From Christensenellales bacterium (lineage in GTDB: Bacteria > Bacillota > Clostridia > Christensenellales > UBA1431), in NCBI GenBank assembly GCA_040772545.1, contig JAXGXY010000007.1:1365-65364 (forward strand): 64,000 nucleotides of DNA, written 5' to 3'. The notes under the pieces are model-generated. The model did not search any database, was not told the DNA's origin, and was given only the letters and a program-made list of their open reading frames with translations. Position numbers and translations under genes: made by a program. Positions 1 to 7,862 of the stretch are shown here, in pieces (position 1 is the stretch's first letter; each line of letters opens with the position of its first letter).

Positions 1-639
1 GGCACGCACGTCATCGCGGATTTCGTGCCGCCGCCTTCCTGGAAACGCTACCGCGCGTTCGACTTCGGTTTCTCGCGCCCTTTCGCCGTGATCTGGATCG
101 CGGTGGACCCCGATGCGCGCGCGTACGTCTATCGCGAGCTGTACGGCGCCGCGGCCCCGGACGAGGGCGTGCGCAAGACGCCAGGCGAAATCGCGCGGGC
201 CATCGTTCAGACGGAGAGGGACGCGGGGGAAGAGGAGGTGGCCGGGGTGGCCGACCCTTCGATCTGGGACGCCAGCAGGGGGGAGTCCATCGCCGCGCAG
301 ATGGCCGAGGAAGGCGTCTATTTTCAGAAAGGGGACAACGCGCGCCTCGCCGGGAAGATGCAGCTGCACAGGCGGCTGGCGTTGGACGAAACGGGCAGGC
401 CCGGTCTGTACGTGATGCGCTCGTGCAGGCACACGATCCGCACGATCCCCGCGCTCGTCTACGACCCGATGCGGCCCGAGGATGTCGACACGGCGGGGGA
501 GGACCACATCTACGACGCGCTGCGCTATTTCCTGATGAGCCGGCCCGCGGCGCCGGAGCCGCCCAAGGCGCGCACACGGCCGCGCTTCGACCCGCTCTCG
601 GGCGGACCGAAGCGGCGAAAGGGGTTCTGGGACGGGTAA
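1..639 (+). CDS. Phage terminase large subunit, C-terminal RNase H-like nuclease domain (5'-partial, runs off window)
   Basis: Frame open from base 1 (GTHVIADFVPP...). Motifs AFDFGFSRPFAVIWIAVD, YVYRELY, ADPSIW, GDNARLAGK and DVDTAGEDHIYDALRY are typical of Firmicute phage TerL nuclease domains. Confidence 0.85.
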   Translation, partial: GTHVIADFVPPPSWKRYRAFDFGFSRPFAVIWIAVDPDARAYVYRELYGAAAPDEGVRKTPGEIARAIVQTERDAGEEEVAGVADPSIWDASRGESIAAQMAEEGVYFQKGDNARLAGKMQLHRRLALDETGRPGLYVMRSCRHTIRTIPALVYDPMRPEDVDTAGEDHIYDALRYFLMSRPAAPEPPKARTRPRFDPLSGGPKRRKGFWDG

Positions 640-662
640 GCCGTGCGGGGGGCGGGCGAAAA

Positions 663-671
663 TGGTATAAT
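663..671 (+). promoter_or_regulatory. Extended -10 (TGgTATAAT) sigma-A promoter for the SLOG gene
   Basis: TGGTATAAT about 55 nt upstream of the ATG at 725. Confidence 0.55.
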
Positions 672-724
672 CAGGGAACGGTAAATGGCGCCTAAACTGC
701 GCCGGAACGGACGCGAACGGGGGG

Positions 725-1249
725 ATGGCGATGAGGGAGATCACCTGCTGTTTTACGGGGCACCGCCCGCAAAACCTCGCCTTCGGCAGCGACGAGGCGC
801 ACGAAGCGTGCCTTAGGGTCAAGGCGGAGCTGGACGCGCGCGTGCGGGAGGCCGTGGACGACGGCTATCGCGTCTTCCTCTCCGGCATGGCGCTGGGGGC
901 GGACATATGGGCGGCGGAAACGGTGCTCGCCCTGAAGGAACGGGTGCCCGGCATATCGCTGTGCTGCATCCTCCCCTGTGCCACGCAGGCGTCGCGCTGG
1001 AACAGGGCGCAGCGCGCGCGGCACGAGCGCATCCTGAGCCTGTGCGACGAGGCCGTGACGATGCGGCCGGTCTACACGCGCGCCTGTATGTTCGAGCGCA
1101 ACCGCGAGATGATAGGGCGCTCGGGCCGGCTGATCGCGGTTTACGACGGCCGCGGCCGGGGCGGGACCTGCTTTACCGTGAAGCTGGCGCTGTGCGAGGG
1201 GCTGGAAGTGGTCACGATCGACCCGGGCGGGGAAGCCCCGCCCAAATAA
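725..1249 (+). CDS. SLOG superfamily protein (DUF1273/YspA-like)
   Basis: CCFTGHRP, FLSGMALGADIWAAE, RNREMI, AVYDG..GGT motifs. Confidence 0.85.
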   Translation: MAMREITCCFTGHRPQNLAFGSDEAHEACLRVKAELDARVREAVDDGYRVFLSGMALGADIWAAETVLALKERVPGISLCCILPCATQASRWNRAQRARHERILSLCDEAVTMRPVYTRACMFERNREMIGRSGRLIAVYDGRGRGGTCFTVKLALCEGLEVVTIDPGGEAPPK

Positions 1250-1409
1250 TTCCTGCGAGACCCTGCCCGAACAGTACCCGCGAAGTTTTGCCCAAACAAT
1301 TCCTGCGAAGCCTTGCCCTAGCAATATCCACGAAGTCTTACTAAAAATACTTCGAAGCATTGCCCGAGCAGCACCCACGAAGCCTAACCCAAGCAACTCC
1401 CTGCAAAGC
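1240..1409. repeat. Degenerate tandem array of about seven 25-nt units (consensus roughly GCCCRARCARTWCCYGCGAAGCCTT)
   Basis: Units start at 1240, 1265, 1290, 1315, 1340 (22 nt), 1362 and 1387. Confidence 0.8.
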
Positions 1410-1566
1410 GGAGCTTTGCAGGGAAGAGGAGGAGCAACGGAGCGAGCGCGAAGAATCCCCGGAGCGCGAAGCGCAAAGGGGATTATGAGCAAAGCGGAGT
1501 TTGCTCCGACGAGGGAGCGCGAAGCGCAAAGGGGATTATGAGCGAAGCGGAGTTTGCTCCGACGAA
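1397..1566. repeat. Interspersed palindromic element with an internal 53-nt-period duplication
   Basis: Hairpin ccctgcaaagc-gga-gctttgcaggg. 1461-1512 and 1514-1565 differ at 1 position. Related copy at about 47408-47606. Confidence 0.8.
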
Positions 1567-2006
1567 GGTTCCGGCACCACCGTCTCCACCACCACCGTCG
1601 TGTTCCCGTGTTCGCGGTTCTCCTTGGCGAGCTCCCGTTTCAGTTTCAGCGCCTTATCCACCGGCTCCATCGCCTTGGAAATGTCGGTTTCCGCCTGCAT
1701 CAGCCCTTCGGCGGCGCGCAACAGCGCCCGCGTGACGGCCTGTTCGCAGGCTTTCAGGGCCGCCGCCTGGTCTTTCCCGCGTACGTGGGCAAACGGCGCC
1801 GTAGCCTCCTTCGGTTTGGGGGAGACCGCCGCCTTTTGGGGCCTCTTCCAGCCTTCCTTGTTCGCGCGCCTGCTCACAGCGGAGCGGCTCACGCCGTGTT
1901 CGCGCGCCGCCTGCGCCAGCGTCATCCCCGCTTCGACCCGGCTCCGTATCCGCTTCCAGACTCCGCGCTTTATTTTCCCCTTTGCTTTGGATTTCCCAGC
2001 CATCAC
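1536..2006 (-). CDS. HTH DNA-binding protein resembling a phage terminase small subunit N-terminus
   Basis: WKRIRSRVEAGMTLAQAAREHGVSRSAVSRRANKEGW resembles the TerS-type HTH ending in KEGW; helical C-terminal half. Confidence 0.6.
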   Translation of the reverse strand: MMAGKSKAKGKIKRGVWKRIRSRVEAGMTLAQAAREHGVSRSAVSRRANKEGWKRPQKAAVSPKPKEATAPFAHVRGKDQAAALKACEQAVTRALLRAAEGLMQAETDISKAMEPVDKALKLKRELAKENREHGNTTVVVETVVPEPSSEQTPLRS

Positions 2007-2201
2007 CGCACCCCCTTATAACCATCCAGTGACAATCGCGCCGGGCCTTTTGCCGCACGCCGCATTTGCGCTTTACATAACGAAAAGGTTTATGTACAAT
2101 AATACTGATAAATGTGTACCCCTTACCGGCTTTTGCCACCCTTATTATACGGCCTTGTCCGTTAAAGGCGTGGTACCCATGAAATACGGAGGGCAGCTTC
2201 C

Positions 2202-2531
2202 ATGAAAAAAACAAGTGCCGTTCTCGCTCTGCTCCTGTGCGTCACATTCTTGCTGGCCGCCTGCGGCGGCGCCGAGCCTTCCCCCATAGTCGGGAAATGG
2301 ACGGACGAAACCACGGGGATGACCACGATGGAATTCCTTGGCGACGGTTCCCTGAAGATGTACGTGCTGGACAAAGAGGCCATGACGGCGACCTACAAAG
2401 TGGACGGCGATAAGCTTACCATACTGTCCTCGGAGGGCATCGAAACCAAGGCGACGTTCAAGGTCGACGGGAACAAACTCAGCATCACCGACCCCAATGC
2501 GGACAAGACGATGGTCTACATCAGGCAATAG
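2202..2531 (+). CDS. Small beta-rich lipoprotein (DUF5640/lipocalin-like)
   Basis: Lipobox LAAC; IVGKW...EF..DG...TYKVDGDKLTI pattern. Confidence 0.75.
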   Translation: MKKTSAVLALLLCVTFLLAACGGAEPSPIVGKWTDETTGMTTMEFLGDGSLKMYVLDKEAMTATYKVDGDKLTILSSEGIETKATFKVDGNKLSITDPNADKTMVYIRQ

Positions 2532-2684
2532 GATAAACGTATGGCGTGGGCCCGGCAAAGCATGAAGCCGGGCTTTTCCCTGCCCCTCTACCCTCTCAAC
2601 GCAAAGGCAAATTTTCCGCTGCGCCATGTTTACATTCCCAATTTTTGCATATACAATAGGTAAAGACAAAAGGAGGGAACCTGC

Positions 2685-3002
2685 ATGTCGAAACGGTTGT
2701 TGGCCCTGGCGCTCGTGCTTTTGGCCGCGTTTGCCCTCGCCGCATGCGGCTCTGACACCATCGTGGGCAAATGGAAAGACAATATCCTCGGGGTGACGAT
2801 CACGGAATTCACCCAGGACGGAAGAGTCATCATCGAGGTGCCTTCAACGTCGCAGAAACTCGAGGGCACCTATAAAATAGAAAACGATAAGCTCACGACC
2901 CGGTCGGACAAAACCAAGCGAACCTACACCTTCGTCATCGAGGGGGACCAGCTTAAACTCACCGACAAATCCGGCAAAATAAGCACATACACGCGGCAGT
3001 AA
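2685..3002 (+). CDS. Small beta-rich lipoprotein, paralog of 2202..2531
   Basis: Lipobox LAAC; IVGKW..EFTQDG..TYKIENDKLT; RBS AGGAGG; own promoter TTTACA-17-TACAAT. Confidence 0.75.
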   Translation: MSKRLLALALVLLAAFALAACGSDTIVGKWKDNILGVTITEFTQDGRVIIEVPSTSQKLEGTYKIENDKLTTRSDKTKRTYTFVIEGDQLKLTDKSGKISTYTRQ

Positions 3003-3024
3003 CACGTCCCCTACCCCGATTACA

Positions 3025-3053
3025 GACCGCCCCTTACCCGGGGCGGTTTTTTT
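3025..3053 (+). terminator. Intrinsic terminator
   Basis: gaccgcccc-ttaccc-ggggcggtt followed by T run. Confidence 0.8.
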
Positions 3054-3169
3054 CTGCCCGCCTGCGTCGCGGGCGGACCGTTTCTTAATCGGCCGTTCCT
3101 ACGAATAATAGTATACACCCGCCGCACGGTGGCAAACGCGGGCAAAACGCCCGTGTCCTTGGGGAAAGT

Positions 3170-3589
3170 CTACGAACAACTCTTTTGGAGCCTCTCTATT
3201 TTGTCCAGCATCCGTCTGCGGACCGCTTTTAAAGCGTCGACTTCGCGCGGCGACTGCATCTCACTGTTGTACGCCGCGACCACGTCCCGCCAAGTCATGT
3301 GCTCGATATAGTATTTCATGGCCACGAACCGTTCCCTTTCATCCAGGGCGCTGAGCAGCGCGTCCAGCTTCCTGAGCATGTACCGCCTGCTTTCCAGCTT
3401 GGCGGCGAGCCGGGCACGTCCGCCGTGGACGCCTTCCTCCTGCCCCGCCATTCCGTCCCCTACAGCCGGGGTCCCGTACGCGGCTGCGCCGGCCTGCCCC
3501 TTGGCCTGCAACAGGTTCAGCTCGTTTTCCAGGTACGCGACCGAAGCCTTTATCTCGAGATACTCCCTCAGTCCCTGCTCAACGTCCAT
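3170..3589 (-). CDS. RinA/ArpU-like phage late transcriptional activator (sigma-70 region 4-like HTH)
   Basis: GGAGGTG RBS before MDVEQGLREY; N-terminal coiled coil, then LDERERFVAMKYYIEHMTWRDV typical of the family. Confidence 0.65.
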   Translation of the reverse strand: MDVEQGLREYLEIKASVAYLENELNLLQAKGQAGAAAYGTPAVGDGMAGQEEGVHGGRARLAAKLESRRYMLRKLDALLSALDERERFVAMKYYIEHMTWRDVVAAYNSEMQSPREVDALKAVRRRMLDKIERLQKSCS

Positions 3590-3694
3590 CGAACAAACAC
3601 CTCCAAGCGAGATTGATGTTATGGCCGGCCTTTGGACTCCGTTTCGCCTTTTTCCGGAAAAAATCGTTATTCTGCACGCCGCCAAACGATCAAA

Positions 3695-3902
3695 TAAAAA
3701 ATGACACGCGCCGCGTCATCAGCCGGTTTCCTGAACAAAGACTGTAGCAAGGTTTGATTGAGTGAGACGTAAACTCCTGTGGAATTGCCGGCCTTTTCAC
3801 CCTGAACCGAACGCTGCAGGGCGGCCTCCCATCCTTAAAGACAGGGCCTGTCAGCAGCCTGTGCACTCATAATCTGCGGATAAAGAAATGAACTCTGTCT
3901 TA
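3695..3902 (-). ncRNA. Candidate structured ncRNA or attenuator leader (family not recognised)
   Basis: Promoter TTGACG(3937-3932)-17-TAGGTT(3914-3909) with TG extension; nested pairings aagac/gtctt, tgagtg/cactca, cctgt/acagg, gccctg/cagggt; terminator 3719-3692; no sizeable ORF. Confidence 0.6.
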
Positions 3903-4184
3903 AATAAAAACCTAACATGATACACCGGCGGCGTCAAGATTCCCGGTTACCCGTTTTGTGAAAACGCCCCGGCGAACGTAAACGTTCGGTGAAAATCGGA
4001 TGCCGCCGCGTGGCCGCCGAATTCCCGGAATACTTGACGGTCGATTCATTCAATAAACCGGCGCGCCTGCCGCCGGCCGGAATAAGCCGGATTTTCTTTA
4101 CATAAGCCCAAAACGGTTGAATCCCCCATGCACTTCATATACAATCATACTTGGCAGTGCAATTAAGGAGGAAAAACACGAAGG

Positions 4185-5054
4185 ATGAAATGCTCAACTG
4201 AATGTGTGGCCTGCATCGTCAACGCCCTGAACCTGGTCATGGACCGGTTCGTTCCGGAAGAAAAAGACAGGATTCGCGAAATGCAGGCCATGCTCAGGCA
4301 TCTTTGCGGATTCGATTTCGAGAAGACCCCGGCCGCGATGTGGCGCTACCTGTGCGAAAACACTCCCCGGCTCAGCGGCGGCGCGGACCATTACGCCGAA
4401 CAGAAATCGGCGGACAACCGGAACATGCTCGCAAAATACGACGATTTCTACGCCGAGGTCAAAGCGCACCCCAAGCCGTTACACGCCGCGGTGCGCCTCG
4501 CGATCTGCGGCAACATCATCGACTACACCCCCAACCACGGGATGGACATGGACGCCGTGGTGAAAAACGCCATCAACAGCGAACTGGCGATAGACCACGT
4601 AGACGAGATGCTCCGCGCGCTGAAAGAGGCAAAACACGTGCTCTATCTGACCGACAACGCGGGCGAGATCGTAACCGACAAGCTGCTCATCGCCCTGTTC
4701 ATCGAAGAGGGCATCCTAAAGCCGGAACAGATCACCGTGGCGGTCCGCAAAGGGCCCACCCTCAACGACGCGACGATGGAGGACGCGGTGGAAGTCGGGC
4801 TGACGGACCTCGTTAAGGTCATCGACAACGGGGACGTCGTGCCCGGGACGGAACTCGACCACTGCTCCCCGGCTTTCCGGGAGCATTACGAAAACGCGGA
4901 CATTATCATCTCCAAGGGGATGGGCAACTTCGAGTCGCTGCACTCCGCGAAGGGCAAGGCCATCTTCTTTTTGCTGGTCAACAAATGCAGCAACGTGGCC
5001 CGCGTGCTGAATCTGCCCCTGCAAAGCTTCGTCTGCATGGCAAACTACCTGTAG
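4185..5054 (+). CDS. DUF89/ARMT1-like damage-control phosphatase
   Basis: N-terminal CxxC, GNIID, YLTDNAGEIVTD, ISKGMGNFESL; RBS AAGGAGG. Confidence 0.9.
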   Translation: MKCSTECVACIVNALNLVMDRFVPEEKDRIREMQAMLRHLCGFDFEKTPAAMWRYLCENTPRLSGGADHYAEQKSADNRNMLAKYDDFYAEVKAHPKPLHAAVRLAICGNIIDYTPNHGMDMDAVVKNAINSELAIDHVDEMLRALKEAKHVLYLTDNAGEIVTDKLLIALFIEEGILKPEQITVAVRKGPTLNDATMEDAVEVGLTDLVKVIDNGDVVPGTELDHCSPAFREHYENADIIISKGMGNFESLHSAKGKAIFFLLVNKCSNVARVLNLPLQSFVCMANYL

Positions 5055-5158
5055 GATAAGCCCCGATGAAACAAACGAACGCCGAAAAGGCGGACGCGGC
5101 GAGCTCTTTCACCCGCTGACGGATTTACACAACGACTGCAGAAAGGCGGTATGAGTCT

Positions 5159-6241
5159 ATGAAAACGATCTTCGAACCCTTTGCCATCGGACCCGTGACC
5201 GTCAAAAACCGTATCGTGCGCAGCGCCACGCTCGAGCGCCTGGCCGAAAACGGCCGCATCACCCCCGCCGTCGTCGACGTGTACGAGACCCTCGCCAGGG
5301 GCGGCGCGGGCCTTATCATCACCGGCATGGCCGCCGTCGGACCTTACGCCGGCGTCGGCCCGACCATGATCGAAGCGCATCATCCGGAATTCGTAGGGGA
5401 AGCGCGCCGCCTCACCGACGCCGTACACCGTCACGGCGCCGCCGTCGCGCTGCAGGCCGCGCACTGCGGGCTCAGGGCCGAGCCGGACGCGGACGGCTTC
5501 GTATGGGGCCCGTCTCCTTTGCCGGGGACGGCGAATTCGCGCGCGCTCACCGCGGAAGGCATCAGGCGCGTCGCGGCCGCCTTCACGGACACGGCCCTTC
5601 GCGCAAAAGAAGCCGGTTTCGACATGATACAGCTGCACGGGGCGCACGGCTTTTTGCTCAACCAGTTCCTCTCGCCCCACTTCAACAGGCGCGAAGACGG
5701 GTACGGCGGCTCGTTCGAGCACCGCGCGCGCATGCTCTTTGAGGTCTACGGCCGGGTGCGCGCGGCGGTGGGCCCGAACTTCCCCGTGATCGTCAAGCTC
5801 AGCTGCAGCGACTTCCTGCCCGACGGCCAGACGGAAGACGACTTCCTGCGCCTGTCACGCCGGCTGGGTGAACTGGGCATAGACGCTATCGAGGTGAGCG
5901 GCGGCCTGACCGCCGAAAAGGAAACGTCCCCCATCCGCCCCGGCATCGACAGCCCCGAAAAGGAAGCCTATTTCGCCCCCGCCGCGAAAGCCCTTGCAAA
6001 CGAAGCGCCGTTCCCCGTCATCTCGGTCGGCGGCTACCGTTCCTACGGCGTCGTGCGGGACGTCATCGAAAACAGCGCCGTCGCCGCCGTCGCCCTCTGC
6101 CGCCCGCTGATCGCGGACCCGGACCTCCCCAACCGCTGGCGTTCGGGCGATACGGCAACGTCGGAGTGCATCTGCTGCGGGCGCTGTTCCAAGCCGCACG
6201 GGCATTTCTACTGCAAACAAAAAATGGCCGGACGGTCCTAG
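5159..6241 (+). CDS. NADH:flavin oxidoreductase (old yellow enzyme family)
   Basis: KNRIVRSAT, QLHGAHGFLLNQFLSP.FNRRED.YGGS, C-terminal CICCGRC. Confidence 0.92.
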   Translation: MKTIFEPFAIGPVTVKNRIVRSATLERLAENGRITPAVVDVYETLARGGAGLIITGMAAVGPYAGVGPTMIEAHHPEFVGEARRLTDAVHRHGAAVALQAAHCGLRAEPDADGFVWGPSPLPGTANSRALTAEGIRRVAAAFTDTALRAKEAGFDMIQLHGAHGFLLNQFLSPHFNRREDGYGGSFEHRARMLFEVYGRVRAAVGPNFPVIVKLSCSDFLPDGQTEDDFLRLSRRLGELGIDAIEVSGGLTAEKETSPIRPGIDSPEKEAYFAPAAKALANEAPFPVISVGGYRSYGVVRDVIENSAVAAVALCRPLIADPDLPNRWRSGDTATSECICCGRCSKPHGHFYCKQKMAGRS

Positions 6242-6255
6242 AAAAGGGCGCCAGC

Positions 6256-6768
6256 ATGGAATTCGAACTGCGGCCGTGGCGCCTTAGCGACGCCGGGAGC
6301 GTCGCGCGCTACGCCAACAACAAAAAGATCGCGGACAACCTCAGGGACGCGTTCCCGCACCCCTATACCGAAGCACACGCCCGCGCCTTCATCGGCGCCT
6401 GCCTCCGGGCCGGCGGGGAGCGAAACTGCTTCAGGGCCGTATCGGTGGACGGGGAGGCCGTAGGGAGCATCGCCGTAACGCTCAAGGACGACGTGTATCG
6501 CAAAAGCGCCGAACTCGGCTATTGGCTCGCCGAGCCGTACTGGAACAGGGGCATCATGACGGAGGCGGTGACGCGCATCTGCCGCCAAGCTTTCGCGGCG
6601 TACGACATCGCGCGCATCTTCGCGGAGCCGTTCGCCTGCAACGCGGCCTCGCAAAGGGTCCTCGAGCGCGCGGGCTTCACCCTGGAAGGCGTATTGAAAA
6701 TGAGCGTATATAAAAACGGGCGGATGCTGGATTCCTGCATCTACGCGCTCCTGAAAGAAGAAATATAA
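6256..6768 (+). CDS. GNAT N-acetyltransferase (RimJ/RimL family)
   Basis: LRPW, FPHPYT, AELGYWLAEPYWNRGIMT, N.AS.RVLE.AGF.LEG. Confidence 0.9.
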   Translation: MEFELRPWRLSDAGSVARYANNKKIADNLRDAFPHPYTEAHARAFIGACLRAGGERNCFRAVSVDGEAVGSIAVTLKDDVYRKSAELGYWLAEPYWNRGIMTEAVTRICRQAFAAYDIARIFAEPFACNAASQRVLERAGFTLEGVLKMSVYKNGRMLDSCIYALLKEEI

Positions 6769-7056
6769 GACTTCCTCTCGCCGGGGCGCTTCCACCCCTC
6801 TCCCGTATGAGCCCTCCCGTACCGGTGTCTGCTTTATGCCCATTGTATTTGCGCGGGAGGGGCAGGGCCGGGCATCACATCAAGCCGTTAAGTCCCCGGA
6901 AGATTCGGAAACCGCAATCCCCTACATCCGGAACGCGCCCCGCGCGGGCAAATTTTAGCGGCCGGGTCCGGCGGGAGGCGGCTTTTTACGGCCGCCATAC
7001 TTTATAAACCCTGAAGGCCATAGACTATAGAGAGACGGTCTTTTGGGGGGATTGCC

Positions 7057-7647
7057 ATGCGGGTCATTAAGGTTTTCAATGCAAAACGAGCGGCCGTTAT
7101 TGCGTTTTGCGCGGTCTTGTCCGTGTTGGCGTGTTTAAGGTCCGGAATACTGGTCGGCAGTGAAACCGACGTATCCGGGACGTTTTCGCAGGCATCGGAA
7201 TATGAGGTAAGGAGCCGGTTGCTGATAGAAGCCGTGAACAAGGTCGGAGTATGCGAACCCGAACGGGCCGTAAATGTGTGGGCAAACGGTTTGATGCAAA
7301 GAAACGCGGCCATGCAGTATTCGGTAATGACCCGTGCCCTGAAAGCGCAATACGTGAAGGATTTGGAAATCAACGCTCCCAACTGGGTAACCGGCGTCTC
7401 GAGTCCCTGGATAAACGGCTATGAGGTTTTGAAGGCCCAAAAACAAAACGATAACAGCTATCTTTTTGAGCTCCGGATTTCTACCGCTTCGTCGGCGGGC
7501 CCGGCGGGGGACTACAACGCGAAGCTGGCCGTTACGCGCGAAGACGGGTTTTGGCGTATAGCCCGGTTGTCGACGGATGAGGGTTTGTTGCCCTATACAG
7601 GATTCAGGGATACAAAGGCAGGAACATCGGCGCTGCTGGCGGATTGA
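7057..7647 (+). CDS. Hypothetical exported or membrane-anchored protein
   Basis: N-terminal hydrophobic segment; WVTGVSSPW motif; more AT-rich codon usage than neighbours. Confidence 0.65.
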   Translation: MRVIKVFNAKRAAVIAFCAVLSVLACLRSGILVGSETDVSGTFSQASEYEVRSRLLIEAVNKVGVCEPERAVNVWANGLMQRNAAMQYSVMTRALKAQYVKDLEINAPNWVTGVSSPWINGYEVLKAQKQNDNSYLFELRISTASSAGPAGDYNAKLAVTREDGFWRIARLSTDEGLLPYTGFRDTKAGTSALLAD

Positions 7648-7862
7648 GGCGAAACAGGACCCGGAGATGCTCCTTAAATCCGCACATCGAAAGATGCCGG
7701 AAGCCGGCGGAAGTGTTGGCGGCTGTCTGTTTTGTGATTAAGAAATAATTCCGATCCGACCACGCCGCAGAGCAAACAAGCAACGGGACGAAATCGCCGA
7801 TACGCAAAAGCCGGCGCAAACTTACTGTTTGCGCCGGCGCCGGATGCAATCCCGCTTTGCTA

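Noticed and set aside
1240-1566. Possible CRISPR array
   Set aside because: Units are contiguous and degenerate with no unique spacers; no cas genes in the window.
1-3600. Intact prophage
   Set aside because: No portal, capsid, tail or integrase in the window, and the orientation is broken. The upstream sequence is not visible.
3695-3902. Firm 6S RNA (ssrS) call
   Set aside because: The shape fits, but I cannot recognise family sequence motifs. Left as an unassigned candidate.
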